A stretch of 64,000 bases of DNA from an uncultured Thermodesulfobacteriota bacterium (lineage in GTDB: Bacteria; Desulfobacterota; Desulfarculia; JACQYL01): positions 6,099 through 70,098 of the forward strand of contig CAZQXK010000007.1 in the NCBI GenBank assembly GCA_964597345.1, written 5' to 3'. Position 1 is the stretch's first letter. Every line of letters begins with the position of its first letter. The notes under the pieces were generated by a model that was not told where the DNA came from, searched no databases, and saw nothing but the letters and a program-made list of their open reading frames with translations. Below, piece by piece: positions 17,963-27,836 of this stretch. The translations under genes were made by a program, and so were the position numbers.

Positions 17963-18305
17963 AATCTCCGTGGTCTCCCGGGGACTTGTACACGTAGTCG
18001 TTACCCCAGGGATCCTTGGGAATGGCTTTGCTCAGGTAGGGACCCGCCCAGTTTCGGGCGTCCGAGGGGCGCTCCACCAGGGCGTTCAGTCCCTGATCCG
18101 CAGACGGGTACCTGCCGTTGTCCAACCGGTACGCGCCCAGAGCACTGGAGAAAATCTCGATCTGTGTCTGGGCCGCCTGTTGGCGGGCCTTGTCCACCCG
18201 GCCGAACAGCTGGGGTCCCACCAGCGCCGCCAGAAGCGCAAGAATGATCATAACCACCAGCAGCTCGATAAGGGTAAACCCTCCTGATGCCTTCCGTCTT
18301 TGCAT
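17877..18305 (-). CDS. gspG: T2SS major pseudopilin GspG
   Basis: MQRRKASGGFTLIELLVVMIILALLAALV prepilin N-terminus; GGAGGAG RBS 8 nt upstream of the ATG at 18305; about 142 aa. Confidence 0.9.
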   Translation of the reverse strand: MQRRKASGGFTLIELLVVMIILALLAALVGPQLFGRVDKARQQAAQTQIEIFSSALGAYRLDNGRYPSADQGLNALVERPSDARNWAGPYLSKAIPKDPWGNDYVYKSPGDHGDYDIISYGEDGQPGGEGNATDIVSWKGLE

Positions 18306-18331
18306 AACAGACACTCCTCCGGGACCTAAAT

Positions 18332-19558
18332 TCACATGGGCATTTGGTTGATACTGAAAATGGCCGCCAGCATGCTGACCACCACAAATCCGATGACCAG
18401 CGCCATCACCAAGATCATGACCGGTTCCATGAGCGCGATCAACCGTTTGACCGCATTCTGAAAGTACCGATCATAGTTTTCCGCCACCTGCAACAACATA
18501 CGATCCAGGGTGCCGGTTTCTTCGCCCACCCGTATCAAATGTAGCGCCAGGGGCGGGAACACCCGGGCTTTGGCCAAGGGACCCGCAATGCCTTTTCCCC
18601 CACGCACATCCGAGGTCACGCCTTGGATGGCGCTCGATATCACCCGGTTCTGCAGGACGTCCCGGACGATATCCAAGGCCTGGAGGAACGGGACCCCGCT
18701 GTGAAGCAGGGTTCCCAGTGTCCGGGCAAACCTCGATGTCTCGATTTTCTGTACCAGCCCTCCCGCCAGCGGCAATTTGAGCTTGGCCTTGTCCCATGCC
18801 AGTCTCCCGGCCTCGGTTCTCACGTAAGACCGAAAGAAGGCCGATCCCGCCGCCATGGCCAGCACGAGGACCCACCAGTAGTGCCGGATGAATCCGCTGG
18901 TGCTCATAAGTATGGTGGTGGACAGAGGCAACGCCTGTCCCATGGACTCGAAAATCTCCTGAAATTTGGGAATCACAAAAGCCATGAGAATGATCATGGA
19001 GGCCGTGCCCACCAGCAGCAGCAGAGCCGGATAAATCAGTGCGGAAGCCAGATGCTCCTTGAGTTCCTGGATGCGGCCCTGATATTCTCCGAGTCGTTGG
19101 AGGATCGAGTCGAGGACGCCTCCCGCTTCCCCCGAGCGCACCATATTCACGTACAATTTGGAAAATACTTTCGGATGCGTCTGCATGGCCTCGGCCAGAC
19201 TGCTTCCTCCTTCCACCTTGATCAGAACATCCTGAATGACCTTGGCCAGTCTTTGGTTGGCGGTGACCTCGGATAAAATGGACAGGCATCGATCCAACGG
19301 GAGACCCGCCTGCACCAACGTTTCGAATTCCTGGGTAAAAATGAGCAGGTCTTTCTGGGAGACCCGGTTCCCCAAACCGGGCAACTTGATTTCCGCGCGA
19401 AGGGACAGGTCCTTACCGAACCCCTTTTCCACGATACGCAAGGGAATCTGAGAAGAGGCCTGGATTTTCCGCACGGCTTCTTCGCGAGTAGCCGCTTCCA
19501 GGACCCCCTCGGCAAGCTTCCCGTCCCGGGAACTGGCCTTGTATTTGTACAGAGGCAT
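18332..19558 (-). CDS. gspF: T2SS inner-membrane platform protein GspF
   Basis: 408 aa; duplicated GspF/PilC cytoplasmic domains and three TM segments. Confidence 0.9.
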   Translation of the reverse strand: MPLYKYKASSRDGKLAEGVLEAATREEAVRKIQASSQIPLRIVEKGFGKDLSLRAEIKLPGLGNRVSQKDLLIFTQEFETLVQAGLPLDRCLSILSEVTANQRLAKVIQDVLIKVEGGSSLAEAMQTHPKVFSKLYVNMVRSGEAGGVLDSILQRLGEYQGRIQELKEHLASALIYPALLLLVGTASMIILMAFVIPKFQEIFESMGQALPLSTTILMSTSGFIRHYWWVLVLAMAAGSAFFRSYVRTEAGRLAWDKAKLKLPLAGGLVQKIETSRFARTLGTLLHSGVPFLQALDIVRDVLQNRVISSAIQGVTSDVRGGKGIAGPLAKARVFPPLALHLIRVGEETGTLDRMLLQVAENYDRYFQNAVKRLIALMEPVMILVMALVIGFVVVSMLAAIFSINQMPM

Positions 19559-19562
19559 GAAC

Positions 19563-21089
19563 CTACTCTTCCAGAGTCACTCGAAAAAGCTCCGCGGTGG
19601 ATGTGACTCCCTGAATCACTTCCCGGAATCCGTCCATCCGGAGTGTGCGCATGCCTTCCTGCACAGCAGCCTTCTTGATGGCATTCGAATCGGCGCGCTC
19701 CAGTATGAGTTGTCGGATGCGGTCCGTGACCGGCAGATATTCATAAATGCCGGTACGTCTTCGATACCCCGTGTGGGCGCATTCTTCGCATCCCACCGGC
19801 TCGAACACCCTCTCGACGATTCCGTAATCCGCTCCGTCGATCTGACTGATAATGGACGGATCAACGGGCGCTTCTTTCTTGCAGTGGGGACACAAAACTC
19901 TCACCAGCCGCTGGGCGATGATGGCCAGCAGACAGGATGCGAGAAGGTAATGCTCGATTCCCATTTCCAGAAGACGAGAGACGGCCCCCGCTGCATCGTT
20001 GGTATGGAGGGTGCTGAATACGAGATGGCCTGTGAGAGCGGATTGAATTGCGATTTCAGCGGTTTCCGCATCCCGGATCTCACCGATGAGAATCACATCG
20101 GGGTCCTGCCGCACGATGGATCGAAGACCCTTGGCAAAAGTCAACCCGATTTGCGGCTTCACCTGAATCTGGTTGACTCCCTGGAGTTGATATTCCACGG
20201 GGTCTTCCACGGTGATGATTTTCTTGTCCGGAGAGTTGATCTGATCCAGGGCCGCATACAAGCTCGTGGTTTTCCCGCTTCCCGTGGGTCCCGTGACCAG
20301 GATCATCCCGTAAGGCTTGCGAATCAGCGCCGAAAAACGGTCTTGCATGTCCTCCGGCAACCCGAGATCCATGAGATTCAGCCGCACGGTTCCCCGGTCC
20401 AGGATTCGCATGACCACACTTTCGCCGAACAGCGTAGGAATGGTGGAAATACGGAAATCAATCTGCTTGCCTTGCACCAACATTTTGATGCGCCCGTCCT
20501 GGGGTAGGCGCCGTTCCGCGATATCCAGTTTGGCCATGATCTTGACTCTGGAAATGATGGCGGACTGGAGCCTGCGGGGGGGACTCTCTATGTCATGAAG
20601 AACCCCGTCGATACGATACCGTATCTTGAACCGGTTTTCGAACGGTTCCAGGTGTATGTCGCTGGCCCGCAATTCCACGGCCTTGGAAATGATGAGATTC
20701 ACCAGCCGGATCACGGGGGCCTCGGACGCCATACCCCGCAAGTGTTCTATACTGTCCTCGACGACCTCCGGGCTCTCTTCCTCGCTGCCGATCTCACGAA
20801 CAATGCGCTCCATGGCGGAGGCGCCCTGGCCGTACAAGCGCTCGATGGCATCGACGATCTCGTCTTCACTCCCCCGGCAGGGCTGTACGCTCAATCCCGT
20901 GGCCAACTGCAGCGCTTCAATGGTATCCCGATCCTCCGGACGCACCATGGAAATCTTGAGCACGCTGTTGTTGTGTTCAACGGGCACCAGGAGATTGTAG
21001 CGCATAAATTGAGGAGTGATTCCCTCCACGAGAATGGGCGCGGTAGGATATTCTTTTTCCGAGACTTCGACGAATCGATCCCCTTCCAT
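19563..21089 (-). CDS. gspE: T2SS ATPase GspE
   Basis: 508 aa; Walker A VTGPTGSGKTTSLYA; Asp box; His box; C-terminal tetracysteine CPHCK..CEEC. Its ATG directly abuts the TAG of the upstream sugar transferase (TAGATG). Confidence 0.95.
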   Translation of the reverse strand: MEGDRFVEVSEKEYPTAPILVEGITPQFMRYNLLVPVEHNNSVLKISMVRPEDRDTIEALQLATGLSVQPCRGSEDEIVDAIERLYGQGASAMERIVREIGSEEESPEVVEDSIEHLRGMASEAPVIRLVNLIISKAVELRASDIHLEPFENRFKIRYRIDGVLHDIESPPRRLQSAIISRVKIMAKLDIAERRLPQDGRIKMLVQGKQIDFRISTIPTLFGESVVMRILDRGTVRLNLMDLGLPEDMQDRFSALIRKPYGMILVTGPTGSGKTTSLYAALDQINSPDKKIITVEDPVEYQLQGVNQIQVKPQIGLTFAKGLRSIVRQDPDVILIGEIRDAETAEIAIQSALTGHLVFSTLHTNDAAGAVSRLLEMGIEHYLLASCLLAIIAQRLVRVLCPHCKKEAPVDPSIISQIDGADYGIVERVFEPVGCEECAHTGYRRRTGIYEYLPVTDRIRQLILERADSNAIKKAAVQEGMRTLRMDGFREVIQGVTSTAELFRVTLEE

Positions 21090-22529
21090 CTACATCCCTT
21101 TTCCAAGGAGCATCACCGGAATGGTCTTAAGCAGGATCTTGAGATCCAGTTCCAGCCGCCAATTGTCGATGTACTCGAGATCCATGTTGATCCAGCGCTT
21201 GAAATCCACTTCATTCCGGCCGCTTACTTGCCACAAGCCTGTAAGCCCGGGTTTCATGCTCAGGCGTCTCATCTGCCAGCGCTCATACCGGGCCAATTCT
21301 TCCTCGAGCGGCGGACGGGGACCCACCAGACTCATATCCCCCTTGAGCACATTGAAGAGCTGAGGCAATTCATCCAGACTCGTTCTCCGCAACCATTTGC
21401 CCACGGGAGTGATCCTGGGATCGTTTTTGATCTTGAACACAGGCCCGTCCATTTCGTTTAACGGCATGAGCTGCTCCCGAAGCCGCTCCGCATCCCGCAC
21501 CATGGATCTGAATTTGAATATGACGAACCGTCTTCCGTGGAGTCCGCAACGGATCTGACGAATCACCGCCGGACCCGGCGACGTGAGCTTGATCAATACT
21601 GCGATCATCGCCATGAAGGGGGACAGCAGGATCAGGAGGACCAGAGAACCCACCCGGTCCATCAAGGCCTTGAGGAACAAGGGCACCCCGTCCCTAGGAA
21701 TCGTCGAAAAGGAAATCAACGGGATATCGTTTAAGGAACTCAGTTCCGCACGGGCGATCACATTGGGAAAGAAGTTCAACGCCACACGGGCTTTGACGCC
21801 CACGTCCTCCAGGAACAGGAACACGTTCTCCAACTCGGCCAGCTTCTGGCGGGTCACCAGAAATACTACTTCATCGACCACTTCCGCCATGACAATCTGT
21901 TCCAACTCTTCAATGCGGCCCAAGACCGGATATCGCTTTCGGATGTCCGGAATGGCTCCCTGGTCTTCCACCGTGATGAACCCCAGGACCCGGAGCCCCC
22001 ACCATCGCGTCTGTTCCACCATCCGGGCAAACTCCAGAGCACGCTCATCATCCCCCACGATGATCATGTTCCGGAAGTTGTAGCCTTTCCTCCGAACCCA
22101 TCGGCTGAACACCCTTATGCCGACGCGCATCATCACGAAAAAGGCGAGGTTCAGCAGCAGAAAGCATAAAATGAACATACGGCTGAGCACATCGTTGTAC
22201 TTCAGCAGGAAGATGCCGAACCCCAGCACGAGGCCCGAAACTGCAACCACTTTGAACAAGGCCCAGGCTTCCTTGTGAATCCTGGTGGTCCTGTAGGAAC
22301 GATAGATGTTGAAGTAATGCAGGAAAAAGGTCCATGTGGGGAGGATCAACAGGAGAAGCTTCAGGTAATGATCGATGGGAAACAGTTCTCTGAAGTACGG
22401 CTCCGGAAACTGGTTGCGGATCCAGTAAGTGAGTAGAAACGCCCCGGTAGTCACCAGAAGATCCAGGACAAACAAGCCGGTTTCAATGGCCTTCGCGCGC
22501 TGTCTCAGCATGCCTTCTCTCCGTTCCAC
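21090..22529 (-). CDS. polyprenyl-phosphate sugar (hexose-1-P) transferase, WbaP/WcaJ/EpsB-like
   Basis: 479 aa, N-terminal TM domain plus C-terminal bacterial sugar-transferase domain (PGLTGLWQVSGRNEVDFKRWINMDLEYIDNWRLELDLKIL). Confidence 0.85.
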   Translation of the reverse strand: MERREGMLRQRAKAIETGLFVLDLLVTTGAFLLTYWIRNQFPEPYFRELFPIDHYLKLLLLILPTWTFFLHYFNIYRSYRTTRIHKEAWALFKVVAVSGLVLGFGIFLLKYNDVLSRMFILCFLLLNLAFFVMMRVGIRVFSRWVRRKGYNFRNMIIVGDDERALEFARMVEQTRWWGLRVLGFITVEDQGAIPDIRKRYPVLGRIEELEQIVMAEVVDEVVFLVTRQKLAELENVFLFLEDVGVKARVALNFFPNVIARAELSSLNDIPLISFSTIPRDGVPLFLKALMDRVGSLVLLILLSPFMAMIAVLIKLTSPGPAVIRQIRCGLHGRRFVIFKFRSMVRDAERLREQLMPLNEMDGPVFKIKNDPRITPVGKWLRRTSLDELPQLFNVLKGDMSLVGPRPPLEEELARYERWQMRRLSMKPGLTGLWQVSGRNEVDFKRWINMDLEYIDNWRLELDLKILLKTIPVMLLGKGM

Positions 22530-23320
22530 TTGGCACCGCGGGATGTTCCGAATCGAGAATGTTTTAAAACGAATTTCATGTAGCTTCTCAAGTGTTCCCA
22601 GTTGGCCCGACTGAAGGGATGGCGGGCGCTGCGACGCCGATGGTCATGCAGCATGACCGCTGCGGGATAGTAGACCACTTTCCAGCCGCGCTTCCAAAGG
22701 TCCATGCACAAGTCCACGTCTTCGAGATACAAAAAGTAACGGTCGTCGAACAGACGGTCCGGCTGGAGAGCGTCCCTGCGCACTAGGAAGGCGGCCCCTA
22801 AAGCCCAGTCCACTTCCATGCTTTTCGTGCGGTCCGCATCCTTCATCAGGTGGCGGTCCACCCGGGACCACGGGAGCGATCTCAGCCAAGGCGTACGCCT
22901 TAAAACCACGGTGGGCCAATCATAGAATTTCCTGCAGGAGAGCTGAACGGCCCCATCACGATCCAGCAGCTTGGGAAACACCACCCCCACCTTGGGGTGG
23001 CTCTCAAGAAAACAATACAACTCCATTACGGCGTTGCAAAGCACTTGCACATCCGGATTCAAATGCAGGATGTATTCCCCTCGAGAAGTTTGAAAGGCTT
23101 GGTTGGCCGCCCGGGCCAAGCCCTCGTTTCTTCGATTCCAAATTAGATGAAGCGGTTGACGGCTGTCGCGGCATATCCGGCGAACTGTACCTTCGCAGCC
23201 GGAATCGTTGTCCACCACGAGGATTTCCACGGGAACGGGAAGCGAAGCCCCGGAAACCGACTCGAGACACCGTCCGAGCGCCTCCGGGTCCCTGTAATGA
23301 ACAATGATGATGGAGAGCAT
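22505..23320 (-). CDS. family 2 glycosyltransferase
   Basis: MLSIIIVHYRDPEALGRCLESV ... VDNDS ... DxD-type motifs (YLEDVDLCMDLWKRGW). Confidence 0.8.
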   Translation of the reverse strand: MLSIIIVHYRDPEALGRCLESVSGASLPVPVEILVVDNDSGCEGTVRRICRDSRQPLHLIWNRRNEGLARAANQAFQTSRGEYILHLNPDVQVLCNAVMELYCFLESHPKVGVVFPKLLDRDGAVQLSCRKFYDWPTVVLRRTPWLRSLPWSRVDRHLMKDADRTKSMEVDWALGAAFLVRRDALQPDRLFDDRYFLYLEDVDLCMDLWKRGWKVVYYPAAVMLHDHRRRSARHPFSRANWEHLRSYMKFVLKHSRFGTSRGAKWNGEKAC

Positions 23321-23503
23321 GCTAGAGTTAGTTTTTCAGGGTAACCGGGATTTGAAGTCTATGAAAAACAAAGGGAATTGTCAACGAAGGTTCGAAAGAT
23401 ACGCATCGTAACGAACGGGCGCCCTGTCTTCCAACGGGCGTACCGTGGAGAGCCGTTCGCCCATCGCCGCGACGGCGCCCGGATGCTCTTCTCATGATCG
23501 ATG

Positions 23504-25246
23504 TCATGAAGCACAGAGGCCGCAGCGCCGGCAGGTGTCCGGAATGCAGTCCGGAGATGTCTTTCCGTCCAGAGCCCGTTCATGTTCCTCCCAGAGGTAG
23601 TCTTTGCGGACACCCGTATCGATGAAGTCCCAGGGAAGAGTTTCATTGACTTCCTTGCGCCGATGCACAAAAAAGTCCGGATTCAGGGGCGCCGAACGAA
23701 ACGCATCGAACCATCGCCCCTCACGCGCATGAACCCCATCGAGTACTTGAGACGATCTGCGATCCCCCAAAGACAGAAACGCCTGAACATAAGCCCATTT
23801 CGGTACTTCAGCGGAAAACGACACTCCTTTGATCCCTTTCAACCGGCGCTTTACCGTGGCGATTTTTTCCTTGAGATCCCGGATCGAATCCATGGGCTCC
23901 CACTGAAAAGGGGTTTGCGGCTTGGGGACGAAGCAATTGACGCTGGCCGCCAGACGAGGGATTCCACGATTTTTCCGGGTTCGACGTTTCAGTACATGAA
24001 CCATGCGCTTGATCAATTCGGAAATGGCTTCCACATCTTCCCGGGTTTCGGTGGGAAGTCCCACCATAAAGTACAGCTTGACGATGCTCATGCCGGAGTC
24101 CGCCAGGCGCACCAGGGCATTCAGGATGTCTTCCTCATGGAGTTTTTTGTTCAGCACATCCCGTAATCTCTGGGATCCCGCTTCCGGGGCGATGGCCACG
24201 CTGGTCTGGCCGCATTCACGGAGCAAGCGGAGCAAGCGTTCGTCCGCCGCATCCCCTCTCAAGGAGGATGTCGAAACGGATGCGCCCAGATTGCGGATAT
24301 ATTCGATCAGAGGGACGGTGTCCGGAATGTCCCCCAAGGCCGGAGACACCAAGCCGAATCGGTTCGAGTCCGATGCCGACGCGGTGACACAGGCCCGCAC
24401 TTGATCCGGATCCGCGGGACGAAAGGGGCGATACACGTATCCCGCAGCACAGAAACGGCATCCACGGCCGCAACCCTTTCCGAGTTCGACCAGGGTCATG
24501 TCGCTGAATTCGGTATCCGCCGTGAGGACGGTCGTATGAGGAGGAGGGCCGAAAAGACGGGGGCGTCTTACCAACTCTATACGATCGGGGGCTTCGAAAT
24601 CCGCCTCCCGACCGGCGATGGTTCCATCGGCGCCGTAGTGTTCGCGGTAGAAGGAAGGCACGTACATTCCCGGAAGCTTGCAGGCTCGGCGCAACCACTC
24701 GGCGCGCCAGTCGGGGAGGGGGAAGATCTCACGGACCAAGGAAAGGATTCCAGGAAGCAGAGACTCGCCTTCGCCTAAGGCCAACATGTCGAAGTATGGG
24801 GCCAGGGGTTCGGGATTCAGGGATACGGCCACACCCCCACAGATCACCAGAGGGTGTTCCGAAGTTCTCTGGGCGGAATACAGAGGAAGACGAGCCAGCC
24901 GGAGCAGAGTCAAAATGTGAATGTAGTCGTTTTCAAAAGAAACGGAAAAAGCGACGATGTGATTTCGGAACACTTCCACCTGGGACTCCAGGGTCAGCAG
25001 CGGGGCGCCGCTCTCCTCATACCATGCTCTCTCCTCGGGATCCGGGAGAAACACCCGCTCGCACACGACGTCGGCCTCGTCATTGAACCGGCCGTAGAGA
25101 AACTGAAAACCCAGGTTGGACATCCCCAGGTGATACCGGTTCGGATACGCCGCCGCCACTCGGATCCGCCCGCCGGGATCTTTCACCACGGCGCCCCGTT
25201 CCCCGGACAGCCTCATCCGATACCGCTTCCGCATTTCCCAGGACAT
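23504..25246 (-). CDS. B12-binding domain radical SAM protein
   Basis: 580 aa; CGRGCRFCAAGYVYRP (CxxxCxxC radical SAM cluster) preceded by an N-terminal B12-binding-like domain. Starts 8 nt after the ftsZ stop. Confidence 0.8.
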   Translation of the reverse strand: MSWEMRKRYRMRLSGERGAVVKDPGGRIRVAAAYPNRYHLGMSNLGFQFLYGRFNDEADVVCERVFLPDPEERAWYEESGAPLLTLESQVEVFRNHIVAFSVSFENDYIHILTLLRLARLPLYSAQRTSEHPLVICGGVAVSLNPEPLAPYFDMLALGEGESLLPGILSLVREIFPLPDWRAEWLRRACKLPGMYVPSFYREHYGADGTIAGREADFEAPDRIELVRRPRLFGPPPHTTVLTADTEFSDMTLVELGKGCGRGCRFCAAGYVYRPFRPADPDQVRACVTASASDSNRFGLVSPALGDIPDTVPLIEYIRNLGASVSTSSLRGDAADERLLRLLRECGQTSVAIAPEAGSQRLRDVLNKKLHEEDILNALVRLADSGMSIVKLYFMVGLPTETREDVEAISELIKRMVHVLKRRTRKNRGIPRLAASVNCFVPKPQTPFQWEPMDSIRDLKEKIATVKRRLKGIKGVSFSAEVPKWAYVQAFLSLGDRRSSQVLDGVHAREGRWFDAFRSAPLNPDFFVHRRKEVNETLPWDFIDTGVRKDYLWEEHERALDGKTSPDCIPDTCRRCGLCAS

Positions 25247-25254
25247 GACTCGTC

Positions 25255-26412
25255 TTAGTCCGCCTGTTTTCTCAAGAACGTGGGTTCATCGTACACATCC
25301 GTATCGAACAGGAAATCGTTATCCGTTTCCACGTAATGGGACCCGGCGTTTACGGCGGGTCTGACTCGTTTGTACTTCCGCAGATGGGTTGGAACCTCCA
25401 ATTCCCGATTGGTGAAGATTTCCTTTCCGCGCACGGTCTTAAGTCTCGTTTCCGCTTTGTCTTCGATACCGGTGGCAATCACCGTAATACGAATCTCGTC
25501 GGCCAAATTCTCGTCGAACACGGCTCCCCAGATGATGTTGGCATCCTCGTGAGCGCTTTCCTGAACGAACGTGGAAGCTTCCTGGACTTCTTCCATCAAA
25601 AGGTCGCTCGAGCTGGTGATGTTGACCAGCAGGCCACGGGCGCCCTCGATGGACACATCGTCCAGCAGGGGACTGGATACCGCCGCCTGAGCGGCATCGA
25701 TGGCGCGGTTTTCACCCCGGCCCACTCCCGTCCCCATAAGGGCCACCCCCATCTCGCTCATGATGGTGCGCACATCGGCGAAATCCAGGTTGATCAGGCC
25801 CGGAACCATGATGAGGTCACTGATGCCCTTTACCGCATAGTACAAGACCTCGTCGGCTTTTTTCAGCATTTCTTTGAAGGTGGCTCCCTTGGGCGCCAGC
25901 GCCACCAACCGGTCGTTGGGTATGGTAATCAAGGTATCCACGACGTCTTTGAGGCCTTCGATCCCTTCCCGCGCCTGGGTCATGCGCCGCTTTCCTTCGA
26001 AAGTAAACGGTTTGGTCACCACCGCCACCGTAAGCGCGCCCGCCTCCTTAGCCAACTCCGCCACAACCGGAGCTCCGCCCGTACCCGTTCCCCCTCCAAG
26101 ACCCGCGGTGATAAACACCATATCAGAATCCTTTAACGCCTCACGGATCTTGTGACTATCCTCCAAAGCGGCATCCCGGCCCACTTCCGGATTGGCGCCG
26201 GCGCCTAATCCCTTGGTCAGGTTGCATCCCAGTTGAATACGAACACTGGCCATAGACACCTCCAACGCCTGAAGGTCCGTATTGGCCACCATGAATTCCA
26301 CTCCTTGCAGGCGGGATTCGATCATGTTGTTGATGGCGTTTCCACCGGCCCCGCCCACGCCGATGACCTTGATCCTGGCGGAACTCGCCACTTGCACCGG
26401 TTCGAATCTCAT
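25255..26412 (-). CDS. ftsZ: cell division GTPase FtsZ
   Basis: [31 protein letters not shown] tubulin signature. RBS GGAAGGAGAT before the ATG at 26412; the ORF-track upstream extension is rejected. Confidence 0.95.
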   Translation of the reverse strand: MRFEPVQVASSARIKVIGVGGAGGNAINNMIESRLQGVEFMVANTDLQALEVSMASVRIQLGCNLTKGLGAGANPEVGRDAALEDSHKIREALKDSDMVFITAGLGGGTGTGGAPVVAELAKEAGALTVAVVTKPFTFEGKRRMTQAREGIEGLKDVVDTLITIPNDRLVALAPKGATFKEMLKKADEVLYYAVKGISDLIMVPGLINLDFADVRTIMSEMGVALMGTGVGRGENRAIDAAQAAVSSPLLDDVSIEGARGLLVNITSSSDLLMEEVQEASTFVQESAHEDANIIWGAVFDENLADEIRITVIATGIEDKAETRLKTVRGKEIFTNRELEVPTHLRKYKRVRPAVNAGSHYVETDNDFLFDTDVYDEPTFLRKQAD

Positions 26413-26465
26413 ACTCCGATCTCCTTCCCCTGTGGATCTGAAGTTGGCTTGATTCCTTCCCTTAT

Positions 26466-26615
26466 CAGGCCGGCGAAAAACGCGATCTGCGTCGTTGGGC
26501 TTCATCCTTCGTCCTTGCGGCGTACCGGTTGTACGCCTCATTCCTCAGGATTCGCCCGCCTTGCTTCTCATCGTTTTTCACCGGCCTGCCCGCAATACGT
26601 TTTATAAACGGGCTG
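26466..26615 (+). mobile_element. MITE-like structured repeat, copy 1 (orientation A, 150 bp)
   Basis: Fills the ftsA-ftsZ spacer. Ends CAGGCCGGCGAAAAACGCG ... CGTTTTATAAACGGGCTG form imperfect TIRs. Flanked by TTAT/TTAT; the right flank is the ftsA TAA stop. Confidence 0.75.
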
Positions 26616-27836
26616 TTATATGATTTCCTGGAACCAGCGTTTCATGCGGACCAGGAGCTTCTGAAGCAAATTCTTGTCCTTGGCGGCCAACTTCGGCGTC
26701 GGCTTGGCATGTTTCCCATACAAGACCAGGCCCACGCCGGTGGAATACATGGGATTGTTCACGATATCCACCAGGCCGCCGATGTTCCTGGGGTATCCGC
26801 AACGCACCGGCAGGTTGAATATCTGTTCGGCGACTTGAGCCATCCCCGGCAGGAGGGAGGAGCCGCCGGTGAGAACTACACCGGAAACCACCAGGTCTTC
26901 GAATCCCGAACGAATCATTTCCCTCTGGATCAAGGTGAAAAGCTCTTCCACCCTGGGCTCCAGGATTTCGCCCAGAATACGCCGCGAAATCTTGCGTCTG
27001 GGTCCCCCTCCCGCACTGGGCACTTCCAGGACTTCGTCCTTGTTGATCATGGATATGACGGCGCACCCGAAACGCTTCTTGATCTGCTCCGCCTCCGCCT
27101 CGGGCGTTCTTAGTCCCACGGCGATGTCGTGGGTGAGATTGTTTCCACCCAAGGCCAGCACGGACGTATGCCGGATGCTGCCCTCGGAAAAGATTGCCAG
27201 GTCCGTGGTACCGCCGCCGAAATCGATGAGAGCCACTCCCAGGTGACGCTCTTCGGGAGTCAAAACGGCTTCGGCGGAGGCGATGGGTTCCAGGACGATA
27301 TCGCATACATCCAGCCCTGCGCGATTGGCGCACTTGATGATATTGTGGGCTGAGGTAGCCGCCGCCGTCACAATATGAACACGGGCTTCCAAACGCACCC
27401 CCGCTATCCCGATAGGATCTTGGATACCCCCTTCATCGTCTACGATGAATTCCTGAGGAAGGATGTGGATGACCTCCCGGTCATTGGGAATGGCCACCGC
27501 CCTCGCCGTATCGATCACCCGATCCACATCGCCCTGCGTCACTTCCTTGCTCTTGATGGCGATGACCCCGATGCTGTTGAATCCACGAATATGTCCGCCG
27601 GCGATACCCGCATACACCTGGGTGATCTCGCACCCCGCCATGAGTTCCGCTTCCTCCACTGCTTTGCGGATGGACGTGACCGTGCTCTCGATATTGACCA
27701 CCACCCCTTTCCGCAGTCCCATGGAAGGATGAGATCCCATCCCGACGATGTTGACCCCTTTCTCGGACACCTCACCCACCACGGCGCAGATCTTGGTGGT
27801 TCCAATATCCAATCCGACAACGAGCCGGTTCTTCAT
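26616..27836 (-). CDS. ftsA: cell division protein FtsA
   Basis: MKNRLVVGLDIGTTKICAVVGE actin-like ATPase; overlaps ftsQ stop (ATGA). Confidence 0.95.
   Translation of the reverse strand: MKNRLVVGLDIGTTKICAVVGEVSEKGVNIVGMGSHPSMGLRKGVVVNIESTVTSIRKAVEEAELMAGCEITQVYAGIAGGHIRGFNSIGVIAIKSKEVTQGDVDRVIDTARAVAIPNDREVIHILPQEFIVDDEGGIQDPIGIAGVRLEARVHIVTAAATSAHNIIKCANRAGLDVCDIVLEPIASAEAVLTPEERHLGVALIDFGGGTTDLAIFSEGSIRHTSVLALGGNNLTHDIAVGLRTPEAEAEQIKKRFGCAVISMINKDEVLEVPSAGGGPRRKISRRILGEILEPRVEELFTLIQREMIRSGFEDLVVSGVVLTGGSSLLPGMAQVAEQIFNLPVRCGYPRNIGGLVDIVNNPMYSTGVGLVLYGKHAKPTPKLAAKDKNLLQKLLVRMKRWFQEII

Noticed and set aside
19539-21461. Plus-strand ORFs 19539..20507 and 20595..21461
   Set aside because: Antisense to gspE.
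25336-26136. 266-aa plus-strand ORF
   Set aside because: Antisense to ftsZ.
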